From: an uncultured Chloroflexia bacterium
GTDB taxonomy: Bacteria; Chloroflexota; Limnocylindria; Limnocylindrales; CSP1-4
Assembly (NCBI GenBank): GCA_963813535.1
Contig: CAWEZH010000002.1
Span: 1,696,001 to 1,760,000 of the forward strand
Length of the DNA stretch: 64,000 bases
Direction of reading: 5' to 3'
Positions 39,623 to 48,887 of this stretch are shown piece after piece (position 1 is the first letter of the stretch; the number at the start of each line of letters is the position of its first letter). The translations under genes and the position numbers were made by a program. The notes beneath the pieces are model-generated. The model was not told the DNA's origin. It was given only the letters and a program-made list of their open reading frames with translations, and made no database searches.

Positions 39623-40492
39623 CAGGCGGTCGGCCGCGGCTTGCCGTCGCGCGACGTCAAGCTGGGCTTCGAGCTGATCGCCAAGTTCGACGGTGCGGCG
39701 GAATGCCGCCCAGACCGCCTCCGACAGCACGGTCCGCAGGCGCCCGCTTTCGAGCTCATGGAGGGCCGCCGCAGAGGTGCCGCCGGGCGACGTGACCATG
39801 TTCCGCAGCTCGGCCGGATGCATGCCCGACTGGCGTGCGAACACCGTCGAACCCTCGAGCGTCTCGATGACGAGGTCATGCGCGATGTGGCGCGGGAACC
39901 CGAGGTGGACGGCGGCGTCGATGAGCGCCTCCATGACGAGGAACACATATGTCGGGCCGGTGCCGCTGACGGCGGTCGCCATCGCGACCATCTTCTCGTC
40001 ATCCACCTCGAGCTGGTGCCCGAGAGCGCCGAGCAGGGCGGCGGCCTGCGCACGTTGCGTTTCCGTCGTCTCGGGCGTGGCATACCAGACCGTCACGCCC
40101 TTCCCGAGGCGGGCCGGCGTGTTGGGCATGCTGCGCACGACCTGGTCGTGCCCGAGGATGCCGGTCAGGGCCGCGGTCGTGGCGCCGGCCAGGACGCTCA
40201 GGACCAACTGCCCGCGACGCAGGTGCGGGCCGATGTCGCGGCCGACGCGGTCCAGCATCTGCGGCTTGATCCCGAGCAGGATCACGTCGGCGTCGCGGAC
40301 CGCGTCCGCGTTGGCGCTGACGGTGCGGATGCCGTACTCGCGCTCGAGTGCCTCTCGGCGCTCGGCGCGCGGATGGCTGGCGACGACGCGCTCGGGTCCG
40401 ACGAGGCCGTCGCGGAGCAGGCCCGCGATCATCGCCTCGGCCATCACCCCCGAGCCGACCGTCGCGATCGTGGCTTTCGACAGGGGCGACAC
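39622..40492 (-). CDS. proC: Pyrroline-5-carboxylate reductase; extra base near 39659
   Basis: GSGVMAEA, KPQ, RSMPNTP, SGTGP.Y, VTSPGGTS. TATACT lies 6 nt before GTG 40492. Removing one T gives QLTSRDGKPRPTA-stop. Confidence 0.9.
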
Positions 40493-40539
40493 GGCCGGAG
40501 TATAGCCACGGCCCCCGGCCGACCCGCGATGCCGGACCG

Positions 40540-41479
40540 TCAGGTAGGGCCAGGCGCTGCGCGTGCCGTTCCGAGCAAGGAAGAAGCGGCCGGTGGTCGT
40601 GATGTCGATGTCGTCGAAGCCGGCGGCCTCCAGCGCGCGCGCGAGCTCATCCGGCGCGTAGAACACCTTCACGATCGTGAACTCCCGGCCGTCGTCCAGC
40701 CGACGGGTCGACCGATCGTCAGCGGGTTCGGCGTGGTCGGCGGCACCGGATGCCGGATCCGCGAGCGAATCGATGAACGCGATCCGACCGCCCGCCTTCA
40801 GCCAGCGCCGGGCGATGGCCAGGGACTCCGCGAGTCGCTCGCGCGGGACGTGGCTGAGCCAGAACCCCATGAACAGGCCGTCGACCGCACGATCGGGCTC
40901 CGACCACGCGTCGCGCACGTGCAGGTGCGCCCGGAGTCCGTGAGCAACCAGGCGTTCACGCGCCCGGTCGAGCGCAGCCGGCGAGGCGTCGTACAGCGAA
41001 AGCTCGCCCCTGGACGCCAGCAATGGCGACCACCAGCCGGTCCCGGCGGCGAGCTCCACGATCTCACCGGCCCATGGCAGGGCGTCCAGCCAGCGCCCGG
41101 CGGCGTCCAGCTCGGCGTTCCATGCCGCGTCGTGGATCGCGCCGCGCGCGTAGCGACCACGGCGGAGGTACCAATCGTCGTACTCGGGCGCCCGGGCCTC
41201 GTAGTACTCGACCATCTGGGCGTCGAGGTCGGCATCGCGGCGCCGGTCCTCCGGTTCCCGTTCCGCCACGACCACAGCCGCCGCCGCGGTCCCGTCGCCG
41301 CGGGCTGCGGCGGCCCGCTCCCCCAGGGCCTGTCGCAACCGGAAGCGCAGGAACCCGTTGTCGCCAGCCTTGCCGACACAGTCCGGGCAGAGTTGCGCCC
41401 ACCCTTCGAGGTCGTCCGACGAACGCGTGGCATAGGTAGTCCCGCACCACAGGCACGAGAAGGACGCCAGGAAGGGCAC
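40540..41479 (-). CDS. Class I SAM-dependent methyltransferase with N-terminal CxxC/CxxC domain; extra base near 40577
   Basis: YYEARAPEYDDWY, ELAAGTGWW motif I, FWLSHVP. Removing one T gives FFLLGTARAAPGPT-stop. Confidence 0.82.
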
Positions 41480-42412
41480 TCAGCCGACCTCGACCGGTGC
41501 CCATCCGCCGGGCGGTGCGACGTCGACGAACCCCTCCGGATCCATGATCTCGGCCAGCATCTCGACGCCGTCGATGACACGCGGTCCAGGCCGGGAGAAG
41601 TACGCCGACCCATCGACCGCGAACACGGCGCCCGAACGCACGGCCGCAAGATCGCCCAGCCACGCCGGGTGCGGCGTCCTGGACCACTCATCGATCGTCT
41701 CGGCCAGGTGGAACCCGCAGGGCATCAGGAACACCATCTCGGGATCGACCTCGGCCACCGCATCCCACGTCGTGGCGTGCGATCTCTGCTCGTCGGCGCC
41801 GAGCAGGTCCCAGCCCCCGGCCCGACGGATCTGCTCGGGGACCCAGTGGCCGACGGCGAAGGGCGGATCGAGCCATTCGAGGCCGACCACGCGGACCGGC
41901 GATCGGCCGGCGTCCCGCCGACGGGCGACACGCTGCTCGACCGCGCCGAGCCGTTCGCGCAGCAATTCGACGAGGTCGATGGCGGCATCCTCGACCTCGG
42001 CCATGGCGCCGACGGTCGTGATGGTGTGGAGGATCCCCTCGATCGAGGTCGGCTCGAGCGACACGACCGTGATATCGGCATCGATCCGGCGCGCGACTTC
42101 GTTGACCTCCTGGTAGCTGACGGCGCACACGTGGCACAGCTCCTGGGTCAGGATCAGGTCTGGCTCCGTCGCGGCGAGCGCCTCCTCGTCGAGCTCGTAC
42201 AGCGACGACCCACCGTGCATCGCCGCCGTGACCCGCGCATGGATGTCGCGCGACGACGCCGTCGCGAGGTCGTGGACGCTCCGTGTCACGACGGGCTTGC
42301 CGACAACCGCCGGCGGCCAGTCACATTCGTGGGTCACCGCCACCAGCTCGTCCTGGAGCCCGATGGCGCAGACGATCTCGGTAGCCGACGGAAGAAGAGA
42401 CGCGATCCTCAT
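41480..42412 (-). CDS. BtuF/TroA-like cobalamin or iron-complex binding protein with no signal peptide
   Basis: MRIASLLPSATEI, VTHECD.P, LTQELC.VCA, EWLDP, GHWVPE, SRPGPR. Confidence 0.82.
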   Translation of the reverse strand: MRIASLLPSATEIVCAIGLQDELVAVTHECDWPPAVVGKPVVTRSVHDLATASSRDIHARVTAAMHGGSSLYELDEEALAATEPDLILTQELCHVCAVSYQEVNEVARRIDADITVVSLEPTSIEGILHTITTVGAMAEVEDAAIDLVELLRERLGAVEQRVARRRDAGRSPVRVVGLEWLDPPFAVGHWVPEQIRRAGGWDLLGADEQRSHATTWDAVAEVDPEMVFLMPCGFHLAETIDEWSRTPHPAWLGDLAAVRSGAVFAVDGSAYFSRPGPRVIDGVEMLAEIMDPEGFVDVAPPGGWAPVEVG

Positions 42413-42494
42413 GGGTCAGGTGCTGGCTACTGGCACCCTCAGCGGGGAGGTGTCACACGCGCACCGAGGCCTGAGGCGGAGCTCTGCGACGCCA

Positions 42495-42788
42495 TCAGCC
42501 CGAGGTAGGTTTGAGCTCGTCGACCGAGGCGCGGGCCGCCGCCTTGTCCGTGTACCAGGTCGCGTCGATCACCGTGTACTGGGCCCACTCGGGCGGCAGC
42601 GACTCCTCGGGGAAGATGGCGTTCACCGGGCACTCCGGCTCGCACGCTCCGCAGTCGATGCATTCATTCGGGTCGATGAACAGCTTCCGGTCCACGCCCT
42701 CTTCGTAGTGGATGCAGTCGACCGGACAGACGGATACGCACGAGATGTCGAGCACGTCGATACACGGCTCGGCGATCACGTAGGTCAT
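42495..42788 (-). CDS. fdxA: 7Fe ferredoxin
   Basis: MTYVIAEPC...C...CPVDCI and CIDCGACEPECP; GAGGAGG RBS. Confidence 0.92.
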   Translation of the reverse strand: MTYVIAEPCIDVLDISCVSVCPVDCIHYEEGVDRKLFIDPNECIDCGACEPECPVNAIFPEESLPPEWAQYTVIDATWYTDKAAARASVDELKPTSG

Positions 42789-42989
42789 CCGGTTCCTCCT
42801 CGAGGCTGGAAAGGGTCGATGGATCGTCAGGAAAGCGCGTGGCGAGAGCGTACCACCGTGCGTGCGGCGGGTCCGTTCGCCCTGGCTGTGCCACGCCTCG
42901 CGCGCCGACCTTGACACGTCAGGGGTCGCGTCGCATCGTTCGCGCACCCGTCACCCCCGGGCTGAACGCGCGAGCAGCAGTGAGGGCGC

Positions 42990-44135
42990 TTGGCCATCCC
43001 GACCGACATCCGTGACCCGAACGCGAGTGCGGGCCCGGGTTCGTCGACGCCGTCCGTGACGACCGCGTCGGCGGCGATACCAGCCGTCCGCCTCGAGGGG
43101 GTCGAGAAGCGCTACGGCGACGTCGTCGCCGTAGATGGCATCGACCTCGACGTGCGCGACGGTGAGTTCTTCTCGATGCTCGGGCCGTCGGGCTCGGGCA
43201 AGACGACGACCCTCCGGATGATCGCCGGCTTCGAGCAACCGACAGCCGGTCGGATCCTGCTCCACGGCGGCGACGTCACCGGCGTCCCGCCGTTCGACCG
43301 TGACGTGAACACGGTGTTCCAGGACTACGCGCTGTTTCCCCATCTGAGCGTGGCCGACAACGTCGCGTACGGGCTGATGGTCCGCAAGGTCAAGCGCGAC
43401 GAGCGTCTCGCCCGCGTGAAGGACGCCCTGCGCATGGTCCGGCTGGAAGGCTATGACAAGCGCAAGCCGGGCCAGCTGTCCGGTGGCCAGCGCCAGCGCG
43501 TCGCACTGGCTCGGGCGCTCGTCAACCGTCCGCGCGTGCTGCTGCTCGACGAACCGCTTGGCGCGCTCGACCTGAAGCTGCGCGAAGAGATGCAGATCGA
43601 GCTCAAGGCGATCCAGCAGCAGGTCGGCATCACGTTCATCTACGTGACTCATGACCAGGAAGAGGCACTCACGATGAGCGACCGCCTGGCGGTCTTCAAC
43701 GCCGGCCGGATCGAGCAGCTCGGCTCGCCCGCCGAGGTCTACGAACGACCGGCTACACGGTTCGTCGCAGGTTTCGTCGGGACGTCGAACCTCCTCACCG
43801 GCGACGTCGCGGGGACGGTGCTTGGCAGGGCCGGCAGCTTCACGATCCGTCCCGAGAAGATCCGGCTGGCGTCGATCGATGGCGTGCCCGGGCCCGACGA
43901 ATCGTCGGCCCTCGGCACCATCCAGAGCGTCGTCTATCTCGGCCCCGACACGCGGTACATCGTCGAGCTGGAGGCCGGCGCCCGGCTCGTGGTGACCGAA
44001 CAGAACCTGTCGACCACCTCGACCGAGGTGCTCGAGCAGCAGGGCAAGGCTGTCCGCCTGATCTGGAAGCGACAGCACGAGCTACCCGTCGCCGACGGAA
44101 GTCGATCCGTGGAGGAAGAGGAGGAGACCCCATGA
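42990..44135 (+). CDS. Polyamine ABC transporter ATP-binding protein (PotA-like)
   Basis: [40 protein letters not shown] region. Confidence 0.9.
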   Translation: MAIPTDIRDPNASAGPGSSTPSVTTASAAIPAVRLEGVEKRYGDVVAVDGIDLDVRDGEFFSMLGPSGSGKTTTLRMIAGFEQPTAGRILLHGGDVTGVPPFDRDVNTVFQDYALFPHLSVADNVAYGLMVRKVKRDERLARVKDALRMVRLEGYDKRKPGQLSGGQRQRVALARALVNRPRVLLLDEPLGALDLKLREEMQIELKAIQQQVGITFIYVTHDQEEALTMSDRLAVFNAGRIEQLGSPAEVYERPATRFVAGFVGTSNLLTGDVAGTVLGRAGSFTIRPEKIRLASIDGVPGPDESSALGTIQSVVYLGPDTRYIVELEAGARLVVTEQNLSTTSTEVLEQQGKAVRLIWKRQHELPVADGSRSVEEEEETP

Positions 44136-45310
44136 TCCATCGAAGGCTGCTGGCACTCGCCGGCGCCGCCTCGCTCGTCATCGCTGCGTGTAGTGGTACC
44201 GGGTCGGGGACACCCGCTCCCAGCCTCCCGACGTCGGTCGGTGAAGGAGAGGGTGCGCTCTCAGTCCTTGCGTGGCCGGGCTACGCCGAGAACGGGTCGA
44301 CCGACCCGGCTGTCGACTGGATCACCCCGTTCGAAGAGGCCACGGGGTGCAAGACCGAGGTGCAGGTGTTCGGCAGCTCGGACGAGGCCTTCAGCCTGTT
44401 CACCACCAACCCCGAGAAATTCGACGTCATCTCCGCATCCGGCGATGCGAGCCTGCGGCTTGTCCGAGCCGGCTATGTCGAGCCGGTCAACGTCGACCTC
44501 GTTCCGAGCTATGCGGACGTGTTCCCGGCACTCAAGGACAAGCCGTACAACACCGTGGACGGCGTGCACTATGGCGTCCCTCACGGCCGCGGCTCGAACC
44601 TTCTGATGTGGCGGACGGATGACGTCGATCCGGCGCCGACGACCTGGGCGGAGATGTTCGACCCCTCGTCGGCATTCGCGGGCAAGGTGTCGGTCTACGA
44701 CGCCCCGATCTACATCGCCGATGCGGCCGTCTTGCTGATGTCGACCAAGCCGGACCTGGGCATCAAGAACCCGTACGCCCTCGACGACACCCAGTTCCAG
44801 GCAGCTGTCGATCTGCTCAAGCAGCAGAAGCCGATGATCTCCCAGTACTGGGTCGACTACACGAAGCAGATGGATGCGTTCCGCAACGGTGACGCCACCG
44901 TCGGGACGACGTGGCAGGTCATCACGAACCTGCTGCAGGGCGAGGATCCGGCCGTCCCGGTCGAGGTCATCAAGCCGCCGGAAGGTGCCACTGGCTGGTC
45001 CGACACGTGGATGATCAATTCCAAGACGACCCACCGGAACTGCGCCTACAAGTTCATCGATCACATCGTTTCGCCAGCGGTGAACATCCAGGTCGCCGAG
45101 TGGTTCGGCGAGGCCCCTGGCAATTCGAAGGCGTGCGCGCTGGCGACGACGCCGGAGCATTGCGAGATCTTCCATGCGGACGATGACGCCTTCTGGGAAG
45201 ACGTCTGGTATTGGCAGACCCCGGAAGCCAAGTGCGTTGACGGTCGCACCGACAAGACGTGCAAAGACTTCGACGCATGGGTGACGGCCTGGACGGAGAT
45301 CAAGGGCTGA
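44132..45310 (+). CDS. Polyamine ABC substrate-binding lipoprotein (PotD/YdcS-like)
   Basis: Lipobox IAAC, WPGY, SGDAS, EGATGW.DTW. Confidence 0.88.
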   Translation: MIHRRLLALAGAASLVIAACSGTGSGTPAPSLPTSVGEGEGALSVLAWPGYAENGSTDPAVDWITPFEEATGCKTEVQVFGSSDEAFSLFTTNPEKFDVISASGDASLRLVRAGYVEPVNVDLVPSYADVFPALKDKPYNTVDGVHYGVPHGRGSNLLMWRTDDVDPAPTTWAEMFDPSSAFAGKVSVYDAPIYIADAAVLLMSTKPDLGIKNPYALDDTQFQAAVDLLKQQKPMISQYWVDYTKQMDAFRNGDATVGTTWQVITNLLQGEDPAVPVEVIKPPEGATGWSDTWMINSKTTHRNCAYKFIDHIVSPAVNIQVAEWFGEAPGNSKACALATTPEHCEIFHADDDAFWEDVWYWQTPEAKCVDGRTDKTCKDFDAWVTAWTEIKG

Positions 45311-45383
45311 GCGCGCCCTCTCCGAGGGCAGCTACCGCAGCGGCCCGGACCCCGGCGGGGCCCGGGCCGCATATCGTTCGACG

Positions 45384-46290
45384 ATGACGGCGAGCGACGG
45401 GGTGGCGACGACGGTCCCTCTCTCCGGATCGCGGCGTGTGGCCGCGGCCCTCTATCGCCGACCACGGCTCCGGCTCGGATTGCTGCTCGCCGGGCCCGTG
45501 GGCTGGCTCGTCGTGGCGTATCTCGGGTCGCTCGCCATCTTGTTTCTGAACGCCTTCTGGACGCGCGATCCGTTCACTGGCCTCGTCATCCGCGAATTCA
45601 CGCTGGACAACTTCGCCGAGGTCGCGACCGATCCGCTCTATCGGACTGTCACGCTGCGGACCGTGGGCATGGCATTCGCGGTGACGCTCACGTGCATCGT
45701 GCTGGCGTTTCCGATCGCCTACTACATGGCGCGCGTCGCCTCGCCCCGGGTCCGCGGCCTGATGGTCGTGGCCGTTCTGATGCCACTCTGGGCGAGCTAT
45801 CTCGTCAAGGCCTACTCGTGGCGGCTGATCCTGTCCGAGGACGGTGTGCTCAATTGGTTCCTTGCGCCGTTCGGGCTGCGGGGGCCCGGGCTGGGGGAAG
45901 GCATGGTCGGCCTCTGGATCGTGTTCACCTACCTGTGGCTGCCGTACATGATCCTGCCGATCTACGCCGGCCTCGAGCGGATCCCCGCCTCACTGCTGGA
46001 AGCCTCCGCGGACCTTGGAGGGCGGAGCTTCACGACCTTTCGGCGGGTGGTCCTGCCCCTCGCGTTCCCCGCGGTCGTGGCTGGCTCGATCTTCACCTTT
46101 TCGCTGACGCTCGGCGACTACATCGCGCCGGGGCTCGTGACGACGACGCAGTTCATCGGCACGCTGATCCTGTCGCGTTTCGGGGTCCCGGATCTGCCAC
46201 TTGCGGCCGCGCTCTCGATCGTGCCGCTCGCGATCATGGTCGGCTACCTGCTCGTCGCGCGGCGCCTTGGGCGCCTTCGAGGCGCTGTGA
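45384..46290 (+). CDS. Polyamine ABC permease (PotB-like); extra base at 46267-46271
   Basis: EASADLG EAA loop. Removing one base gives RRLGAFEAL-stop with a TGATG overlap. Confidence 0.87.
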
Positions 46291-47084
46291 TGAGCGGCCG
46301 GCTCGGTCGAGGGGCCCTCGGTCTGGTATCGATCGCGGTGCTGGCGTTCATGTACTTCCCGTTGGCCCTGATCGTCGTGTATGCCTTCAACGAGAGCGGC
46401 ACATCGGCGTGGCCTCCGTCTGGGATCTCGCTCAGATGGATCGCGCTGGCACTTGAGAACAGTGGGCTCCGTCAGGCCTTCATCACGTCGTTGGCGGCAG
46501 CGCTCGGGGCGACACTGATCGCCCTGCTCCTGGGGACACTCGCGGCCCTCGCAGTCGCTCGGTATCAATTCTTCGGGCGCGAGGCGATCTCATTCGTGGT
46601 CATCTTCCCGATCGCGCTGCCGGGCATCGTGACGGGCATGGCGCTGAGCACGACATTCGCCACGACAGGCGTGCCTCTCGGGCTCTTCGCGATCGTCATC
46701 GGTCACGCCACGTTCTGCATCGTGCTCGTCTATAACAACGCGATCGCCCGCCTTCGGCGGACCTCCGCATCGCTCGAGGAGGCGTCCTCCGACCTCGGCG
46801 CGGATAGCTGGCAGACGTTCCGGCGGGTCACCTTGCCCAGCATGCGGTCGGCGATGCTCGCCGGAGCGCTCCTGGCATTCGCGCTGTCATTCGACGAAGT
46901 GATCGTGACGATCTTCCTTGCGGGCGGCGTCCAAACGCTGCCCATCTGGATCTTCCAGAGTTTCCGACTGGCGAATCAGCTTGCGCTGGTGAACGTCGCG
47001 GGTCTCGTGGCGATCCTCCTGTCGGTCATCCCGGTGTACATCGCGACCCGGATCAGCACCGGCGTCGCGGGCGCCCGGACCTGA
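46290..47084 (+). CDS. Polyamine ABC permease (PotC-like)
   Basis: YAFN, EEASSDLGA, FALSFDE, TLP. Confidence 0.88.
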   Translation: MSGRLGRGALGLVSIAVLAFMYFPLALIVVYAFNESGTSAWPPSGISLRWIALALENSGLRQAFITSLAAALGATLIALLLGTLAALAVARYQFFGREAISFVVIFPIALPGIVTGMALSTTFATTGVPLGLFAIVIGHATFCIVLVYNNAIARLRRTSASLEEASSDLGADSWQTFRRVTLPSMRSAMLAGALLAFALSFDEVIVTIFLAGGVQTLPIWIFQSFRLANQLALVNVAGLVAILLSVIPVYIATRISTGVAGART

Positions 47085-47090
47085 GGCGAC

Positions 47091-47174
47091 TCACCAGCGA
47101 CGAGCGAGATCGCCGATCAGGGCGAGGGCGACGGGCAGCAGGGCGACGAGGGACTGGCGGATGCGTTCAGACAT
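47091..47174 (-). CDS. Micro-peptide MSERIRQSLVALLPVALALIGDLARRW (27 aa), signal-peptide-like
   Basis: GGAGG at 47186-47190 on the minus strand, high GC3 codons, ARRW terminus shared with 36365-36466. Below the ORF-track cutoff. Confidence 0.72.
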   Translation of the reverse strand: MSERIRQSLVALLPVALALIGDLARRW

Positions 47175-47303
47175 GGGCGGCTCGACCTCCGCCGGACCCG
47201 GTACCGGCTCGCTCGACGGCCGACCCCATCGAGGAGTGCCCGGTCGTATGCCGTGGCGGCCAGTATCGCCACGGCCGCTTAGCTGCGGCTTATCAGCCGC
47301 GCG

Positions 47304-47474
47304 TCACATCGACGGGACGTAGTCGGGATCGAGGTACTTCTGCGGGTCGTCCTTGAAGTCCAGCAGGCACCCCTTGCTGCAGAACCAGTACGTCGTGCCC
47401 TCGTGGTCGTACGACAACAGCGACGTCGTCGTGTCCACCTTCATCCCACAGACGGGATCGATCTCGACGGCCAT
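47304..47474 (-). CDS. YHS domain protein
   Basis: DPVCGM.V...Y.FCS.GC...F..DP..Y; AAGGAGG RBS. Confidence 0.9.
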   Translation of the reverse strand: MAVEIDPVCGMKVDTTTSLLSYDHEGTTYWFCSKGCLLDFKDDPQKYLDPDYVPSM

Positions 47475-47490
47475 CGGACGCCTCCTTGAG

Positions 47491-47505
47491 TACTCCCCCG
47501 GAGTA
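47491..47505. promoter_or_regulatory. CsoR-type palindrome upstream of the YHS gene
   Basis: TACTCC-CCC-GGAGTA overlapping minus-strand TATACT; same arms as the copA box. Confidence 0.68.
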
Positions 47506-47550
47506 TAGCCGCCGGTCACGCATGGCCGCCACCGAGCGTACAGTCCGACC

Positions 47551-47895
47551 ATGACCGAGCCCGACACGACGTCCGCCCGCGCCGCCTTGAAGGTCGAGCG
47601 TGCCCGGCTGCTCGCCGAGCTCGGTGAGGCGATCCAGGCACCCGGCCAGATGACCTACGGGTCGCAGGCGGCCGCGGCCAGCCAGGTCTTCGAGCAACAG
47701 CGCGATCTCGCCCTTCGCGACCATGCGACCCAGCAGCTCGAGCTCGTCGACGCGGCGCTCGAGCGCCTGGACGCCGGGAGCTTCGGCACGTGCCTGCGCT
47801 GCGGCAAGCCGATCGCGCCGGCGCGGCTCGAGGCGCTGCCGTGGGCGGCGCACTGCATCGAGTGCCAGAGCGCGGTCGACAAGGGTCGCCGGTGA
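47551..47895 (+). CDS. TraR/DksA C4-type zinc-finger protein
   Basis: AL.RLD.G.FG.CLRCG..I...RLEALPW...CIEC. TACAGT lies 6 nt upstream. Confidence 0.88.
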   Translation: MTEPDTTSARAALKVERARLLAELGEAIQAPGQMTYGSQAAAASQVFEQQRDLALRDHATQQLELVDAALERLDAGSFGTCLRCGKPIAPARLEALPWAAHCIECQSAVDKGRR

Positions 47896-48887
47896 CGACG
47901 GTAGCCCCGGCGGACCTCGTCGGCATCGACGCGATCCGGGAGGCGGCCGATCGCCTCCGTGGGGTCGTCGTCCATACACCGTTGGTGCCGTACGTCGCGC
48001 CACCCGACGGCGTCTTCATCAAGGCCGAAAGCCTCCAGCCGATCGGGGCCTTCAAGATCCGCGGCGCGTACAACGCGATCGCCTCGCTGACCGACGGCGA
48101 GCGAGTGCGCGGCGTCATCACCTACTCCTCCGGCAATCACGCCCAGGGCGTCGCCCGTGCGGCGCGACTGCTGGGGACTCGGGCGGTGGTCGTGATGCCC
48201 GACGACGCCCCGACCATCAAACGCGACCGCGTCGCGGACGACGGTGCCGAGATCGTCATCGTCGGGCCTGCATCGGAGGAGCGCCAGGAACGGGCTGAAG
48301 CGATCGCCGCCGAGCGGGGACTGGCGATCATCCCGCCGTTCGACGACGACCGGATCATCGCCGGTCAGGGCACGATCGGGCTCGAGATCGTCGAGGACCT
48401 GTCGGCCACGGAGCTGATCCTCGTCCCGGTCGGTGGGGGCGGCCTGGCGAGCGGCGTCGCGGCCGCGGTCAAAGCGATCAGGCCGGACATCCGCGTCATC
48501 GGCGTCGAGCCTGAGCTCGCGGCCGATGCCCGCGACTCGCTGCGTCGTGGCGAGATCGTCCGCTGGTCCGCGGCCGATGTGTCCCGGACGATCGCCGACG
48601 GCACCCGTACGCAGGCGCTCGGAGCGCGGACGTTCGCTCACCTCCGGGCGCACCTCGACGACATCGTGACCCTCACCGAGGCGGAGATCGCCGGGGGCGT
48701 ACGGCTCACCGCGGAGCGGGCTCGGCTGGTCGTCGAGCCCTCGGGTGCGCTCGCCGTCGCTGCCGTCGCATTCCGACGCGGCGAGCTCGGGATCGGGGGT
48801 GGCGGTGTCACGGTGGCTGTCGCGAGCGGCGGCAACGTGGAACCGGCGGCTTTCCGGGCCTATCTCGAGGCGCCACTCCCGGGCTGA
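47892..48887 (+). CDS. PLP-dependent threonine/serine dehydratase family protein
   Basis: KAESLQ.IGAFKIRGA, SSGNHAQG, VGGGGL, VEPSGA, SGGN. GTGA overlap with the upstream gene. Confidence 0.9.
   Translation: MTTVAPADLVGIDAIREAADRLRGVVVHTPLVPYVAPPDGVFIKAESLQPIGAFKIRGAYNAIASLTDGERVRGVITYSSGNHAQGVARAARLLGTRAVVVMPDDAPTIKRDRVADDGAEIVIVGPASEERQERAEAIAAERGLAIIPPFDDDRIIAGQGTIGLEIVEDLSATELILVPVGGGGLASGVAAAVKAIRPDIRVIGVEPELAADARDSLRRGEIVRWSAADVSRTIADGTRTQALGARTFAHLRAHLDDIVTLTEAEIAGGVRLTAERARLVVEPSGALAVAAVAFRRGELGIGGGGVTVAVASGGNVEPAAFRAYLEAPLPG

Noticed and set aside
38552-41479. 975-aa methyltransferase-ProC-DinB triple fusion
   Set aside because: Two single-base insertions (about 40577 and 39659) bypass natural stops. 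proC has its own -10 element and a TGATG junction with the next gene.
38603-42508. 1301-aa plus-strand ORF and other long antisense ORFs (e.g. 3654-5825, 14149-15702)
   Set aside because: These are shadow frames of real high-GC genes with no recognisable domains.
45384-47084. Fused PotB-PotC permease (566 aa)
   Set aside because: Removing one base restores LGAFEAL-stop overlapping the ATG of the second permease.
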